Virus record (IMG/VR): IMGVR_UViG_3300020477_000001
Coordinates: 94,302-158,301 of that record
Strand: one strand, 5' to 3'
Source: a virus
Length of the DNA stretch: 64,000 nucleotides
In this document: one piece after another, positions 47,941 to 58,869 of the stretch
How the letters are laid out: each line of letters starts with the position of its first letter
Numbering within the stretch: position 1 is the first letter of the stretch
Notes under the pieces: model-generated
Databases searched by the model: none
The model's input: the letters and a program-made list of their open reading frames with translations, nothing else
What the model was told of the DNA's origin: nothing
Position numbers and translations under genes: made by a program

Positions 47941-48651
47941 TTGGACGATCCAGACCGAGACGAGGATAAGAAAGAAATTAAGATCAGTTTCGAGGATTTT
48001 ATCCACGAAATTGATTTTGAAATAAATAAGCGTAGAAAAAAATGGAGCCTAACGGCTATATCATGGATGGATTTCGAAGATGTAGCCCAGATACTAAGGA
48101 TACACATATATACTAAATGGGAGTTATACGACCCACAAAAGCCCTTAGCTCCTTGGTTGAACAGAATAATATCTAATCAAATAAAAAACTTAATAAGGAA
48201 TAACTATTCTAATTTTACAAGACCCTGTTTAAAATGTTCAGCCTCAGAGGGTATAGATTACTGTTCTATATACGGGAAACAAGACAATAGATGTCCTTTG
48301 TATGCATTTTGGGAAAGAAGCAAGAAAAAAGCTCACGACGTTAAAATACCCCTCCCTTTAGAAAACCACTCTCAAGAAATATTTAAATCATCTGGAGAAG
48401 ACTGCGATTTAGAAAGCAACTTTAAAAGACTAAACAAGGCGCTGGAAACTCACCTCAAGCCAACGGAGTGGAAAGTCTATCAGTATCTATACATAGAAAA
48501 CTTATCTGAGGAAGAAACAGCCAAGAAAATGGGATACAGAAGCACAGAAAAAAACAGACCACCGGGTTATAAGCAAATCAAGAATATTAGAAAATCTATA
48601 ATCGAAAAAACAAAAAGCCTTATAAACTCTGGGAAGTTAGATATTTTTTAG
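47941..48651 (+). CDS. ECF-like sigma factor with a Cys4 insertion (candidate late sigma)
   Basis: DFEDVAQ..YDP.KPLAPWLNRII.NQIKNLIR (region 2); CLKC..C..C; LSEEETAKKMGY (region 4 HTH). Confidence 0.65.
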   Translation: MDDPDRDEDKKEIKISFEDFIHEIDFEINKRRKKWSLTAISWMDFEDVAQILRIHIYTKWELYDPQKPLAPWLNRIISNQIKNLIRNNYSNFTRPCLKCSASEGIDYCSIYGKQDNRCPLYAFWERSKKKAHDVKIPLPLENHSQEIFKSSGEDCDLESNFKRLNKALETHLKPTEWKVYQYLYIENLSEEETAKKMGYRSTEKNRPPGYKQIKNIRKSIIEKTKSLINSGKLDIF

Positions 48652-48653
48652 TT

Positions 48654-49772
48654 ATGGAACGTGATGAATTTTGTTTAGAGGAAATATGCTTATCTTCAGA
48701 TGGGCAAAATTCTATAATTGAAGAATGGAACTCTAACAAAGAGAATCCCCCTTCTTTAAAGAAATTAGTTCAAGTTGGCTTTCCAGAAATACCGGAAGAA
48801 CTACAAGACGGTAGAAGTAAATACGGTAAGTGCATCAAAGCTTTCTTAAGCTCTGTAAACATATCCGCTAAAAAGGCTCACGAGAGTAAAAGTAAGGACA
48901 TAGTTCTAACCGAAGAACATAAAGAATTTATAGTTAATAATGTAGGCACTATGAGGGGTCACGAGATGGCTCGCGTGCTTTTCGAAGATCACAAGCTAAA
49001 CAACTTAAGCTCAGAAGCTAGAGTCGTAAATGATTACATAGCTACTCTACCTAGCCAAGTATCTGTATTTGAGCCAGAATCAAATGAAGAGATCGTAGAA
49101 TACAAGCCACCCAAGACTTTTGATAAAACTTTAGCTAGAATCAATAAGTTTGTTTTAGATGGGGTTGATAAGAATAACATACCCGCAAGCACAAAGAAGG
49201 GCATAAACGCCCTAATAGGCTATATGCATACCTACAGATTTTTGCATATCATAAATGGTTACGACAGCTTCACAGACAGAGAGTTGTACGAATCGAGTTT
49301 TATTAGGTATACATACGACAAACCAGATTTAACCCAAGAGGAAGTAGACCAATACATAGTACTATCTGCGGAAGTTGTTATCTCTTCTAACATCCAAAGA
49401 AGAGTAGAGCACCTTCAAGCACTGCTAGATCAAAACGCAGACCAAACAGACGGCGCGAGAATATCTATGGCTTTGGTAGAATCGATCAACACCGCGCAAA
49501 ACGAATACAATCAATGTGTTAATAGACAGCAAAAGCTTCTTAACGATCTAAAAGAAAAAAGAAGCGATAGACTCAAGAATCAAATCAAAGAGAACGCGAG
49601 TATCTTAAACCTAGTTCAACTCTGGAAAGAAGAAGAGTCTAGAAAGAAACTTATAGAGCTAGCAGAGAGAAAGAAGCAAGTAATCTCCGAAGAAGTAGAC
49701 AAGTTCGAGGATATGGACGACGTAAAGTGTAGGATAATGGGTTTATCTAAAGATGAAGCAGTTAATGGTTAA
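48654..49772 (+). CDS. hypothetical coiled-coil protein in the packaging operon
   Basis: 372-aa ORF upstream of the terminase. Confidence 0.55.
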   Translation: MERDEFCLEEICLSSDGQNSIIEEWNSNKENPPSLKKLVQVGFPEIPEELQDGRSKYGKCIKAFLSSVNISAKKAHESKSKDIVLTEEHKEFIVNNVGTMRGHEMARVLFEDHKLNNLSSEARVVNDYIATLPSQVSVFEPESNEEIVEYKPPKTFDKTLARINKFVLDGVDKNNIPASTKKGINALIGYMHTYRFLHIINGYDSFTDRELYESSFIRYTYDKPDLTQEEVDQYIVLSAEVVISSNIQRRVEHLQALLDQNADQTDGARISMALVESINTAQNEYNQCVNRQQKLLNDLKEKRSDRLKNQIKENASILNLVQLWKEEESRKKLIELAERKKQVISEEVDKFEDMDDVKCRIMGLSKDEAVNG

Positions 49773-50697
49773 ATGCGCTGTTTGCGGCAAAGAGTTTGAG
49801 TCAGATAGAAAGCTACACGCTCATCTTAAGGCTCATAAGCTCAGAATGGTTGAGTACTATCAAAAGTACTTCCCTAGGTACGACAAGCATGATAATAAAA
49901 TCATTAAATTTAAAAACAAGAAACAATACTTCAGTACAGATTTTAACTCTAGAGAAAACCTAAGAAACTGGCTTAAGTCGTCAGATGAAGAAACAGTTAA
50001 AAATTACTGCGAAGATTTACTTACAAAGAGAAAAGAAGAAAAGTCTTTAGTTTATTCCCCTACTCAAGTAGAGCTAAGAACTCTATTGTTTCCCCCTATC
50101 CAATTCTACCATAAGAGGTTCGGAAATTACTATAAGTTATGTGAGTCAATAGGTTACCAGAATAGATTCGAAAACGTAACTAAAATCCCAGAACCAGAAG
50201 AGTATGATAAGAATGAATACAAAATTTTTATAGATACCAGAGAGCAAACGCCACTGAAATTCGACAGAGACTTCAGAGTGAGAAAGCTCAAGTTTGGAGA
50301 TTATACCTTCAGCGACAGGTCGGTATCCTGTAATTCCTATATAGAGAGAAAGTCCTTAAACGACTTCATAGGAACGATAAGCGGAGGCTTTGATAGGTTC
50401 CAGAGAGAAATAGAAAGAGCAGAGTCCGAAGACGCATACTTGATTATAGTTGTTGAAAAGAAGTTGAGCTCTGCATTGAATTTTAATTCTTTAAGAGAAC
50501 TATCTAGCAAAATTAAAGCTACGCCAGAATTCATATTCCATAGAGTAAGGCAGCTTATACAAAACAATAATCACATCCAATTCTTATTTGTTGATGGCCA
50601 AGATGAAGCGTCTAGGGTTACTGAAAAAATTCTAACTGTAGGATGTATAGTGAGGGGCGTAGATTTACAGTTATGCTACGATACTAAAAATCTATAA
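49765..50697 (+). CDS. C2H2 Zn finger plus ERCC4/XPF-type nuclease
   Basis: CAVC...LHAHLKAH; IDTREQ, GDY, IERKSLND. Confidence 0.8.
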   Translation: MVKCAVCGKEFESDRKLHAHLKAHKLRMVEYYQKYFPRYDKHDNKIIKFKNKKQYFSTDFNSRENLRNWLKSSDEETVKNYCEDLLTKRKEEKSLVYSPTQVELRTLLFPPIQFYHKRFGNYYKLCESIGYQNRFENVTKIPEPEEYDKNEYKIFIDTREQTPLKFDRDFRVRKLKFGDYTFSDRSVSCNSYIERKSLNDFIGTISGGFDRFQREIERAESEDAYLIIVVEKKLSSALNFNSLRELSSKIKATPEFIFHRVRQLIQNNNHIQFLFVDGQDEASRVTEKILTVGCIVRGVDLQLCYDTKNL

Positions 50698-52526
50698 TGT
50701 GGTACGCAACTGACAACGAAAAAGAATTCCCTAATCTAAACGAAGGTTTTGTTAGGTTAGAGGGAGAGCTAGAGGATAAAGAAGCTAAGATATCTTTAGC
50801 TAAATTTCTTCGACATAACTTAAGCTTTACTACAGAGCTTATCTCTGGCTTAAAGCTAGCGCCCTTTCAAGAGATTACTTTGAAAGGTTTAATGAACAAA
50901 AACTTTTCCATGTGTGTGTGGGGTCGTGGTTGCGGAAAAACATTTATTGCTTCTGTATTTTGTTTCCTGCAATGCATTTTTAATCCCGGTACTAAGATTC
51001 TTATAGCTGGCCCAACTTTTCGTACCGCTCGTTTTATTTTTAATAATTTAGAAAAGCTAGTAAAAACAAAGGGAGCAGAGTTACTCATGCAAGCTTTCTC
51101 TGTAAATCCGTCCAAAAGGAATGACCAATATGAGTGGCAAATCAATGGAGGGACGATTACAGCTATTCCTTTGTCTGGTGAAAAAATTCGTGGTTTTAGA
51201 GCAAACGTTCTTGTGCTGGATGAGTTCTTGCTGCTCCCAGAAGAAACAATTAAAACAGTGTTAATGCCATTCCTTGTAGCTCCTCAAGACATGGCAGAAA
51301 GAATTAAAATAAGGGAAATGGAAGACTCTCTTATAGAGAAAGGCGCTATGGAGGAAAAAGACCGCATGGTGTTCGAGAACAACACCAAGATGGTAGCTTT
51401 ATCTTCTGCTAGTTATACTTTTGAAAATCTATATAAAACGTACCAAGACTGGACAGAGAAAATATACAACCCAGATAAAGATAGCACTGCGTCGTATTTT
51501 ATTTCACAAATGAGCTACGAAGCTCTACCAGAGCAGATGATCGATAAGACCATTATCGAAGAAGCTCAAAGCGGTGGTCAGTCTCACTCCTCGTTCCAAA
51601 GAGAGTATTGCGCTCAGTTTACCGATGGCTCAGATAGCTATTTCAGCGCTAAGAAGATGCATGAATGCACAATACCGAATGGAGAGGAGCCGACAACTCT
51701 TATAAAAGGAAAGCCTTCAGAGAAATATATAATTGGAATTGACCCGTCTTTCTCTAATAGTCCTAGCTCTGACTTTTTTGCTATGTCGGTTTTGGAAATA
51801 GACGAAGAACATAAAACTGGAACGTTAGTTCATAGTTATGCAGTCGCTGGTGGAGACTTAAAGAATCATATAAAGTATCTACATTATTTAGTAAGCAACT
51901 TTAATGTAGAGATGATATGTATTGATAATGCGGGCTATCAGTTTATCGACTCCGCTTGCCAAAGCGAAATATTCGTTAAGAGCGGAACTAAATTAGGATT
52001 CTTTGATTTCAATAGTAATGCTGATGGCGCTGATTACCAAAAAGCTTTAATGGAGGCTAAATCTAAATACAATAAAGAACTTGGGAGTATTTGTTTTAAG
52101 CAAATTTTCACTAGCGACTTTATACGGAGAGCAAACGAATACCTGCAAACTTCTATCGACCACAAGAGAATATGGTTCTCGTCAAAAACAACAGCTAATG
52201 GCTCAGTTTTCGATAAAACCGTAAATCAAAGAATACCAATAAAAGAAACTAACGCGGAAAGCATTCTAGACCTTATTGAAACGCAAGACGACCTAATACA
52301 CCAAACTAAGAAGCAATGCGCTTTAATTGAGGTTAAAAGCACAGCTAAGGGCACTCAGACATTCGACTTGCCACATCATTTAAAAAGAAGCACCTCTGTT
52401 AATAGAGCTAGACGAGATAACTACACTACATTAATGTTAGCTAACTGGGCTTTAAGGAGTTATTTTGACATGAAAAACCTAAAAGTAGAAAATGTAGCTG
52501 CTACTTTTACTCCCAGATTAATTTAA
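50697..52526 (+). CDS. terminase large subunit
   Basis: GRGCGKT Walker A, VLVLDE Walker B, QREY.A.F, GIDP..D nuclease motif. Confidence 0.85.
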   Translation: MWYATDNEKEFPNLNEGFVRLEGELEDKEAKISLAKFLRHNLSFTTELISGLKLAPFQEITLKGLMNKNFSMCVWGRGCGKTFIASVFCFLQCIFNPGTKILIAGPTFRTARFIFNNLEKLVKTKGAELLMQAFSVNPSKRNDQYEWQINGGTITAIPLSGEKIRGFRANVLVLDEFLLLPEETIKTVLMPFLVAPQDMAERIKIREMEDSLIEKGAMEEKDRMVFENNTKMVALSSASYTFENLYKTYQDWTEKIYNPDKDSTASYFISQMSYEALPEQMIDKTIIEEAQSGGQSHSSFQREYCAQFTDGSDSYFSAKKMHECTIPNGEEPTTLIKGKPSEKYIIGIDPSFSNSPSSDFFAMSVLEIDEEHKTGTLVHSYAVAGGDLKNHIKYLHYLVSNFNVEMICIDNAGYQFIDSACQSEIFVKSGTKLGFFDFNSNADGADYQKALMEAKSKYNKELGSICFKQIFTSDFIRRANEYLQTSIDHKRIWFSSKTTANGSVFDKTVNQRIPIKETNAESILDLIETQDDLIHQTKKQCALIEVKSTAKGTQTFDLPHHLKRSTSVNRARRDNYTTLMLANWALRSYFDMKNLKVENVAATFTPRLI

Positions 52527-52566
52527 AAAAGTGTAATAGATTCTGTAAATTGGAGAAAAAAACGAG

Positions 52567-53574
52567 ATGCCCGACAACAAGATAAGAGTAAATCAAATTT
52601 ATAAACCAGAATTATCTGGTTATATTCTAGATGTTGGTCAATCGGGTCCAAGCGGCACAGATGGCCAAATTCAATTTGCTAGCGGCCATGCTGGGCAGAA
52701 TTATTTTAAAGGCGCTTATGGCTTGTTCTATGATCATACTGGAGATCAACTGTCCATAGGAGAAGGATTAATCCCCCAGCACAAGCTTCACGTATCTGGG
52801 CATGTTTCAGCGCAAGATGTAATAGTTAATGGTACTGGAGTTTTTACGGCAAGTGGCTCTACTAGTATTAATAATTATATTTACGTAGACACTACGAATG
52901 ATAATCTAATAGTAAGAAAAGCAAATAATACAAATAATTGTTTTATATTTGATGGAGACGTAGGTAATTACGGTGTTGGCTTTCCAGAAAGCTATGTCCC
53001 CGCTTTTGATTTAGATGTTTCTGGCAACCAAGGAGTTAGATCAGTAAGTTCATTAAGCGACTCTAAAGGCCAGATTGAGCATGAGGCTGGAGGAACTAAT
53101 TTAGTTGTTTACGATCTATCTGGAGTTGCAAAGGGTAAGGTCTCATCTCATGAGGATTCTTACATGTTAGGAGGGGGCTTGTCTGTGGGTACGGGAGCTT
53201 TAGCTAGCTATTCTAGTACTTACAAAGGGCTAAATGTAGTAGGGGATAACTTTGTTAGCGGTAACGTGGAGCTTCATGGCACTGGCTATTTCAAGAACGA
53301 TTTAAATATAGGCGGAAATACTGTATCTAGCGGAAATATTACTGATAAAGGTACTTTAGTCGTAGACGGAACTAGCCACCATAATAGTAGTTTAAGCGTG
53401 GGAGGTAGCGGTATCGTAAGCGGGGGTCTAATTGCTCAGTCTCCGCACGTTCCAACTAGCACTGGTTCTCATGGAGTTAGTGGGCAAATAGCCTTTGATA
53501 CTGGTTATCTCTACTTATGTATCAATACAGATCACTGGACTAGGGTTCAATTACTAACTGGGGCTTGGACTTAA
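52567..53574 (+). CDS. virion structural/fibre-like protein
   Basis: Gly/Ser-rich beta repeats (LHVSG, LDVSGN); C-terminal G..GQIAFD..YLYLC....W.R. Confidence 0.55.
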   Translation: MPDNKIRVNQIYKPELSGYILDVGQSGPSGTDGQIQFASGHAGQNYFKGAYGLFYDHTGDQLSIGEGLIPQHKLHVSGHVSAQDVIVNGTGVFTASGSTSINNYIYVDTTNDNLIVRKANNTNNCFIFDGDVGNYGVGFPESYVPAFDLDVSGNQGVRSVSSLSDSKGQIEHEAGGTNLVVYDLSGVAKGKVSSHEDSYMLGGGLSVGTGALASYSSTYKGLNVVGDNFVSGNVELHGTGYFKNDLNIGGNTVSSGNITDKGTLVVDGTSHHNSSLSVGGSGIVSGGLIAQSPHVPTSTGSHGVSGQIAFDTGYLYLCINTDHWTRVQLLTGAWT

Positions 53575-53684
53575 ACCTAGTTTTTTTCCTCTTTTAAAAA
53601 AACTGTATTTTTTACGTTGAATACGTAAGAATATAGTGTAATTTTAAACGAATAAATTTACACCGTTAATTTTATAGGTCGAAA

Positions 53685-55679
53685 ATGAGCAAAAAACCAG
53701 AAAACACCCCACGTCAGACTCAGACATCACTTCCTTTGCCGCTAATGTCTGAAGGCTCTTCACCCAAAGTCGCTACGGCCTCCACTAGAACCAGAAGAAA
53801 TGCTTCTTCGACCATAGAAAGAACTGACAAATATAAAAACATTGATGACGGACTAGTACCGTTCAAGTACTCATCCGATGGCTACGGTAGTGGTAACCGG
53901 AACTTAATTGATGTAAGAGATGCCGTTAAGTTGTGTCAAAAGGCTTATTATAATTTTTCAGTTTTCAGAAACACAATCGATTTAATGACTGAGTTTTCAG
54001 TCAATCAAATTTACTTCAAGGGTGGCAGTAAAAAGTCTAGAGAATTCTTTAATGCTTTATTTAAGAAAATTAATATTCTAGCTTTTCAAGATAAGTTCTT
54101 TAGGGAGTATTATCGCTCTGGCAATGTTTTCACTTATAGGTTTGATGCTGAGCTTAAGCAGAACGACTTGAGAAACTTAAACAGAGTTTTTGGCAACTTG
54201 AATCTAGCTGCTGAGGAATCAGTTAGCTTACCAGTAAAATACATTATCTTAAACCCAGCAGACGTTAGACTAACTGGAACCTTATCTTTCTCTGCTGGTA
54301 AATACAGTAAATACGTAACTGACTACGAGTTGGAGAGATTGAAAAATCCTCAAACTGACGAAGAGATACAGCTACTAGATTCTCTACCAGATAACATAAA
54401 GAAAGAATTAGAAAAACATAAGAAAGATAAAAGAAGCACCTATGCTCTTCACCTCCCACTAAGCGAAGACAAGGTAAGTGCGGTTTTCTATAAAAAACAA
54501 GATTACGAGCCTTTCGCTGTGCCAATGGGTTACCCAGTTCTGGAGGACTTAAACGCAAAAGCGGAGATGAAGAAAATCGATATGGCTATCGCTCGCACAA
54601 TGCAGCAAGCAATATTGCTCGTTACAATGGGTACTGACCCAGACAAAGGAGGCGTCAATCAGAAAAACCTAGAGGCCATGCAGAAGCTGTTTACCAATGA
54701 GTCTGTTGGTAGAGTTTTAATTGCCGACTATACGACTAAAGCGGAATTCATTGTTCCTAATATTTCTGCTCTTTTAAATTCTTCCAAGTACGAAATTTTT
54801 GAAAGGGATATTAGGATAGGTCTTAACAATATTCTAATCGGAGAAGGTGAGAAGTTCGCTAATGAGAGCATTAAAGTAAAAGTCTTCATCGAAAGACTTA
54901 AACAAGCTAGAGAGATTTTTATAAATGAATTCTTAGGTCAAGAAATAAAAAGAATTTCCAAGATCATGGGATTCAAAAGCGTTCCGACTCCTCACTTCGA
55001 TGATATTGATCTGAGGGATGGCCTTTCTTATAGTCGAGTTTACACTAGACTTATTGAGCTTGGAATCTTAACTCCAGAGGAAGGATTGGAGGCTATCGAA
55101 AAGGGAAGACTGCCCGACGAAAGCTTAATCCCTCAATCTCAAAAAGAGTACAGAGAAATGAGAGACAAGGGATTCTTCGAGCCATTAATCGGAGGTGCAA
55201 AAGCAGCGCCTCAAGACAGGGGCGAAGACGACAACAAAAAAGAAGAGCCAAAAGATAAAGAAGAGAATGAGGTTCCAAATCAAGTTGGTAGACCCGCAGA
55301 CTCGAAAGGACCAAGAGAAGAAGGCGAGAGAGCGCCTATGGGCGGCGAAGTAGTTTCTAGTTTTTACAGTTTGGAAAAAGTAAAGAATAACTTAATACAA
55401 GCACAAAAATTAAATCTTGAAGTTGAAAAACACTTAAGAAGTAAGCATAATAAGAGAAAGCTAAGTAACGCCCAAAAGGATATAGCTAGTAAGATTACTG
55501 AGACCATTATAGCTAATGAAGAACCGGAAAACTGGAGTAAATCAGTTAAAAAATATTCTTCTAATCCAGTTGATCATAACCCAGACAGAATAAAAAAAGT
55601 AAATGACATATCCTACGAGCACGGTTTAGATACATATCTATCTAGTATTTTATGTGCTAGTAAAAAAGAGGATTTATAA
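53685..55679 (+). CDS. portal protein
   Basis: FRNTIDLM.EF and REYYRSGNVF motifs; size; position after the terminase. Confidence 0.7.
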   Translation: MSKKPENTPRQTQTSLPLPLMSEGSSPKVATASTRTRRNASSTIERTDKYKNIDDGLVPFKYSSDGYGSGNRNLIDVRDAVKLCQKAYYNFSVFRNTIDLMTEFSVNQIYFKGGSKKSREFFNALFKKINILAFQDKFFREYYRSGNVFTYRFDAELKQNDLRNLNRVFGNLNLAAEESVSLPVKYIILNPADVRLTGTLSFSAGKYSKYVTDYELERLKNPQTDEEIQLLDSLPDNIKKELEKHKKDKRSTYALHLPLSEDKVSAVFYKKQDYEPFAVPMGYPVLEDLNAKAEMKKIDMAIARTMQQAILLVTMGTDPDKGGVNQKNLEAMQKLFTNESVGRVLIADYTTKAEFIVPNISALLNSSKYEIFERDIRIGLNNILIGEGEKFANESIKVKVFIERLKQAREIFINEFLGQEIKRISKIMGFKSVPTPHFDDIDLRDGLSYSRVYTRLIELGILTPEEGLEAIEKGRLPDESLIPQSQKEYREMRDKGFFEPLIGGAKAAPQDRGEDDNKKEEPKDKEENEVPNQVGRPADSKGPREEGERAPMGGEVVSSFYSLEKVKNNLIQAQKLNLEVEKHLRSKHNKRKLSNAQKDIASKITETIIANEEPENWSKSVKKYSSNPVDHNPDRIKKVNDISYEHGLDTYLSSILCASKKEDL

Positions 55680-55681
55680 TT

Positions 55682-56845
55682 ATGAGTGAAGAAAACGACA
55701 ACAAAATTGAAGATGTAGTCAGCTACAATGTTGATATTGATTTTGACTGCGATATTCCAGAAATTCCAGTACCAGAACCACAAGAACCAGATGCAGAAAT
55801 AGAGGATGAATTTGAAGCTTCCTTCAAGTTCGCTTTCATTGGTGCTGGTCAAGGCGGTTCTCGCGTTGCTGAAACTTTTCATAAAATGGGATACAGAAAA
55901 GTTTGCGTTCTAAATACAGCCCAGCAAGACCTCAATACAATTAAGTTAGAGGACGAAAGAAAACTTTGCATCGGAGAAGGTGGCGCAGGAAAAAATCCTA
56001 AAAAAGCTGCTGAGAAATTCTCAGAAAGAAAAGATGATACTATCGACTTCATGAGAAAAAATTTCGGTAATGAAATCGATAGAGTGTTTGTATGTGCTGG
56101 AGGAGGCGGCGGAACGGGAACGGGTACAGGTATCCCAATTGCAAAAGCAGTAAAAGAAATGATTGGCCTCTCAGACGTAAACTGTAAGAGCGATAAAGTG
56201 GGGCTAATACTAACCTTACCCAAAGTGTCAGAAGGAAAGAAGGTCTGTAAAAATGCAGCAGACGCTTTAAATGAAGCTTACGAGCATGTGAAAAACGGGC
56301 TCATATCTCCTCTGATCGTAATCGATAATGAGAAAATAAATTCGTTGTACCCCAACCTACCTGTAGGTAAATTTTGGGAGACTGCTAACAGAAGCATTGC
56401 GGGCCTTTTTCATTTATTTAATATGACCGCTAACAAAGACAGCAGTTTTTCGTCTTTTGACGCTAATGACTACAAGCATGTTTTAGATTCTGGAATGTTA
56501 TCTTTTGGAGCTTCTCCTGTTAGGGAATGGAAAGATACTTTTTCAATTTCAAAAACAGTTAGAGATAATCTTAAGAATAATTTACTTACAGGTGGAGTCG
56601 ATTTATCTAGCGCTAACTCCGCAGGAGTAATAGTAATAGGAAGTAACGATATACTCAACGAGTTACCTCAAGAGAATCTAGATCATGCCTTCGAGCAGTT
56701 TTCTAGAATGATGAAAGGTAACAGCACCGTACATAGAGGAATCTATAGCGGAACCAAACAAAGCTTAACCGTATACACATGTATGGGCGGATTTGCTAAA
56801 CCAGACGAAAAAATAGAAGAGTTGCATAAGTACGCTAATTCTTAA
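55682..56845 (+). CDS. tubulin/FtsZ-family GTPase
   Basis: IGAGQGG, NT..QDL, GAGKNP, GGGGGTGTG signature, IDNEK, FDAND. Confidence 0.85.
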   Translation: MSEENDNKIEDVVSYNVDIDFDCDIPEIPVPEPQEPDAEIEDEFEASFKFAFIGAGQGGSRVAETFHKMGYRKVCVLNTAQQDLNTIKLEDERKLCIGEGGAGKNPKKAAEKFSERKDDTIDFMRKNFGNEIDRVFVCAGGGGGTGTGTGIPIAKAVKEMIGLSDVNCKSDKVGLILTLPKVSEGKKVCKNAADALNEAYEHVKNGLISPLIVIDNEKINSLYPNLPVGKFWETANRSIAGLFHLFNMTANKDSSFSSFDANDYKHVLDSGMLSFGASPVREWKDTFSISKTVRDNLKNNLLTGGVDLSSANSAGVIVIGSNDILNELPQENLDHAFEQFSRMMKGNSTVHRGIYSGTKQSLTVYTCMGGFAKPDEKIEELHKYANS

Positions 56846-56910
56846 AAAATCGTTTGACTTTAAAAACTTTCCCGCTAGGTTTGCGGGGAACATTAATAAA
56901 CCTAAATATT

Positions 56911-57123
56911 ATGGCTACTAAAAAAGAAGAAGTAAAACCCGGTTATAAAAGTACCGAGTTCTGGATCACGGTTTGCGTCACTTTGGCATCTCTCGCATGG
57001 GGTGCAGGAGTCGTAGACCCAGAGGGCAGTTCGAATGCAGATAAAGTTTTTGGATTTATCTGTAGTGCTGCCGCAGCGCTGGGTTATACCATTTCCAGAG
57101 GTCTCGCTAAAAAACAAGACTAA
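56911..57123 (+). CDS. putative holin
   Basis: KPGYKSTEFW followed by two TM helices and a basic tail. Confidence 0.55.
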   Translation: MATKKEEVKPGYKSTEFWITVCVTLASLAWGAGVVDPEGSSNADKVFGFICSAAAALGYTISRGLAKKQD

Positions 57124-57128
57124 GTTTT

Positions 57129-57314
57129 ATGGGCTGGTTAACTGCATTGTTTAAAGCTGTTTTAGAATGGCTCTCTGCTGAAGTAAAAAAAGATACTAAA
57201 GCGAGTGATGCAGATGCTACACCCAAGGACTTAAAGAATAAGTGGCGTAAGCGTATAGAAGAACAAGAAAGAAGGATGAAAGATGAAAAGAATTCTGATT
57301 CTAATTCTGATTAG
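57129..57314 (+). CDS. small amphipathic protein (possible spanin component)
   Basis: Lies between the putative holin and a lipoprotein. Confidence 0.35.
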   Translation: MGWLTALFKAVLEWLSAEVKKDTKASDADATPKDLKNKWRKRIEEQERRMKDEKNSDSNSD

Positions 57315-57501
57315 TTTATTTCTAGTTGGTTGCGGTTCGACTCGTGTTGTTTTCGTTGACACTCAGTCAAACCTAGTCCGTATCGGTCCAGATGTTTCGG
57401 GAAGAGTCTATGTCCAAAAGAATGGGGAATGGGTTCTTTCAAAGAACGAAGTAAAGTTACCGGAAGGATGGTATGCTGGCGGCTTGCCTACTGACGACTA
57501 A
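57283..57501 (+). CDS. lipoprotein (possible o-spanin)
   Basis: LVGC lipobox; overlaps the upstream gene. Confidence 0.5.
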   Translation: MKRILILILISLFLVGCGSTRVVFVDTQSNLVRIGPDVSGRVYVQKNGEWVLSKNEVKLPEGWYAGGLPTDD

Positions 57502-57524
57502 AATAATTAAAATATAAACAAACA

Positions 57525-57553
57525 CAGAGAGGCTTTTGCCTCTCTTTTTTTTT
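57525..57553 (+). terminator. Rho-independent terminator
   Basis: AGAGAGGC-TTTT-GCCTCTCT followed by a T-run. Confidence 0.8.
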
Positions 57554-57609
57554 ATAGCGAAATGTTTTTTAAGTTAGCTTGGCGATTTTAAGTGTAATTA
57601 TAATCGACC

Positions 57610-58056
57610 ATGAACTACAACAAGAACACGGAAAAAATGTCTCCTAGCAATAAGGCGGGATGGAGAGTTGATGATTTCTTTAAGAAGTTTAAAGATTTTT
57701 TTCAAGGAAAATATTTTATTGGCATCTTGTCCTCGGCGCTTATTTTCTTTCCTATAATGATTGTGCAAAAACAAAATCAGAAAGCAGAGATTGTTCGTAT
57801 GCAAGCTGATTTTGAGGGAGAGCTTGTTAATCAACATAATGAATTTATGGATATGAATTCTAAATTTAGGAAAAGCTTTATAGAAATGCAAAGAGAGCTA
57901 TACCAAAAGAATCAAGAGAGTGCGATTCAAAAAGAAATGATTATAGAGCTTAGCGACAGGATTAAAAATTACAGGCAAGCTATAGAGAGATACAATGAGG
58001 TCATAAAACAGTTACTAGAAAGACTCAATCAAGGTAAAAGTAGATCAGAGGCTTAA
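57610..58056 (+). CDS. TM plus coiled-coil protein
   Basis: One TM helix, long heptad region. Confidence 0.5.
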   Translation: MNYNKNTEKMSPSNKAGWRVDDFFKKFKDFFQGKYFIGILSSALIFFPIMIVQKQNQKAEIVRMQADFEGELVNQHNEFMDMNSKFRKSFIEMQRELYQKNQESAIQKEMIIELSDRIKNYRQAIERYNEVIKQLLERLNQGKSRSEA

Positions 58057-58293
58057 AAAATGAGGTATGAAAATAGAGGTAAAGAACATAAAAAAATCCA
58101 GTTTTCCTATTACTAGTCTTTTGACTGGTATATTAATTGTGTCCTTACTCGTAGCTAGCTTGGCTTTGAACTTTTATCAATTTAAGATAATAAGTTTATT
58201 AACTGAATAATTGATTTTTTTTTATTTATTGTTGTATATTTTTTTTTATTTTAGTGTATATACTTATGTTAACTTTTAAAGTTTATTAAAAAG

Positions 58294-58869
58294 ATGAGCG
58301 ATACTCCGAAAAAGAAAACTAAGCTTACCAAGCTTACCGCAGATTATTTCGTTCATCACTCGGCCAATAGAGGAATAGAAATAGACCTTACCGCCAACTT
58401 AAACACTCAAAGCGAACCCAAGGGAGAAGAAGGGGAAACTGGCTGTTCTGGAGAAGAGGAGCAATTAGAAGCAATAGATTTTTCTAATAGAATCATTAGT
58501 GCTTTAGAACATAAGGCTAAAAAATTCAATAAAGACCACTCTCCCAAAAGAGTTACTGTTAATAGGTTGAAATCTATATATTGCTCTATTGTTTCTCCTT
58601 GCTCGGAATCGGACAACAAGAATTTAATAGGGTTTGCTAGAGTCAACCAATTTTTACATACTATATCTAATTTTGATTCTTTAGGTAAAGCTAAGTATGA
58701 TTTAGTGCTGGAAGAATTAGATTTCTGTAGCGAAGCTCAACACAGTGACTTTATTAAAGACGCGGAACAAGATATAGAAGAATTTAATTTAAATTTTAAA
58801 TTTAAGAATCTAAATGAACTTTTTATCGAAATTCCGAAATCTTCTCTTGGATATGAAATCGAATTTTAA
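58294..58869 (+). CDS. hypothetical protein
   Basis: ORF track. Confidence 0.5.
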   Translation: MSDTPKKKTKLTKLTADYFVHHSANRGIEIDLTANLNTQSEPKGEEGETGCSGEEEQLEAIDFSNRIISALEHKAKKFNKDHSPKRVTVNRLKSIYCSIVSPCSESDNKNLIGFARVNQFLHTISNFDSLGKAKYDLVLEELDFCSEAQHSDFIKDAEQDIEEFNLNFKFKNLNELFIEIPKSSLGYEIEF

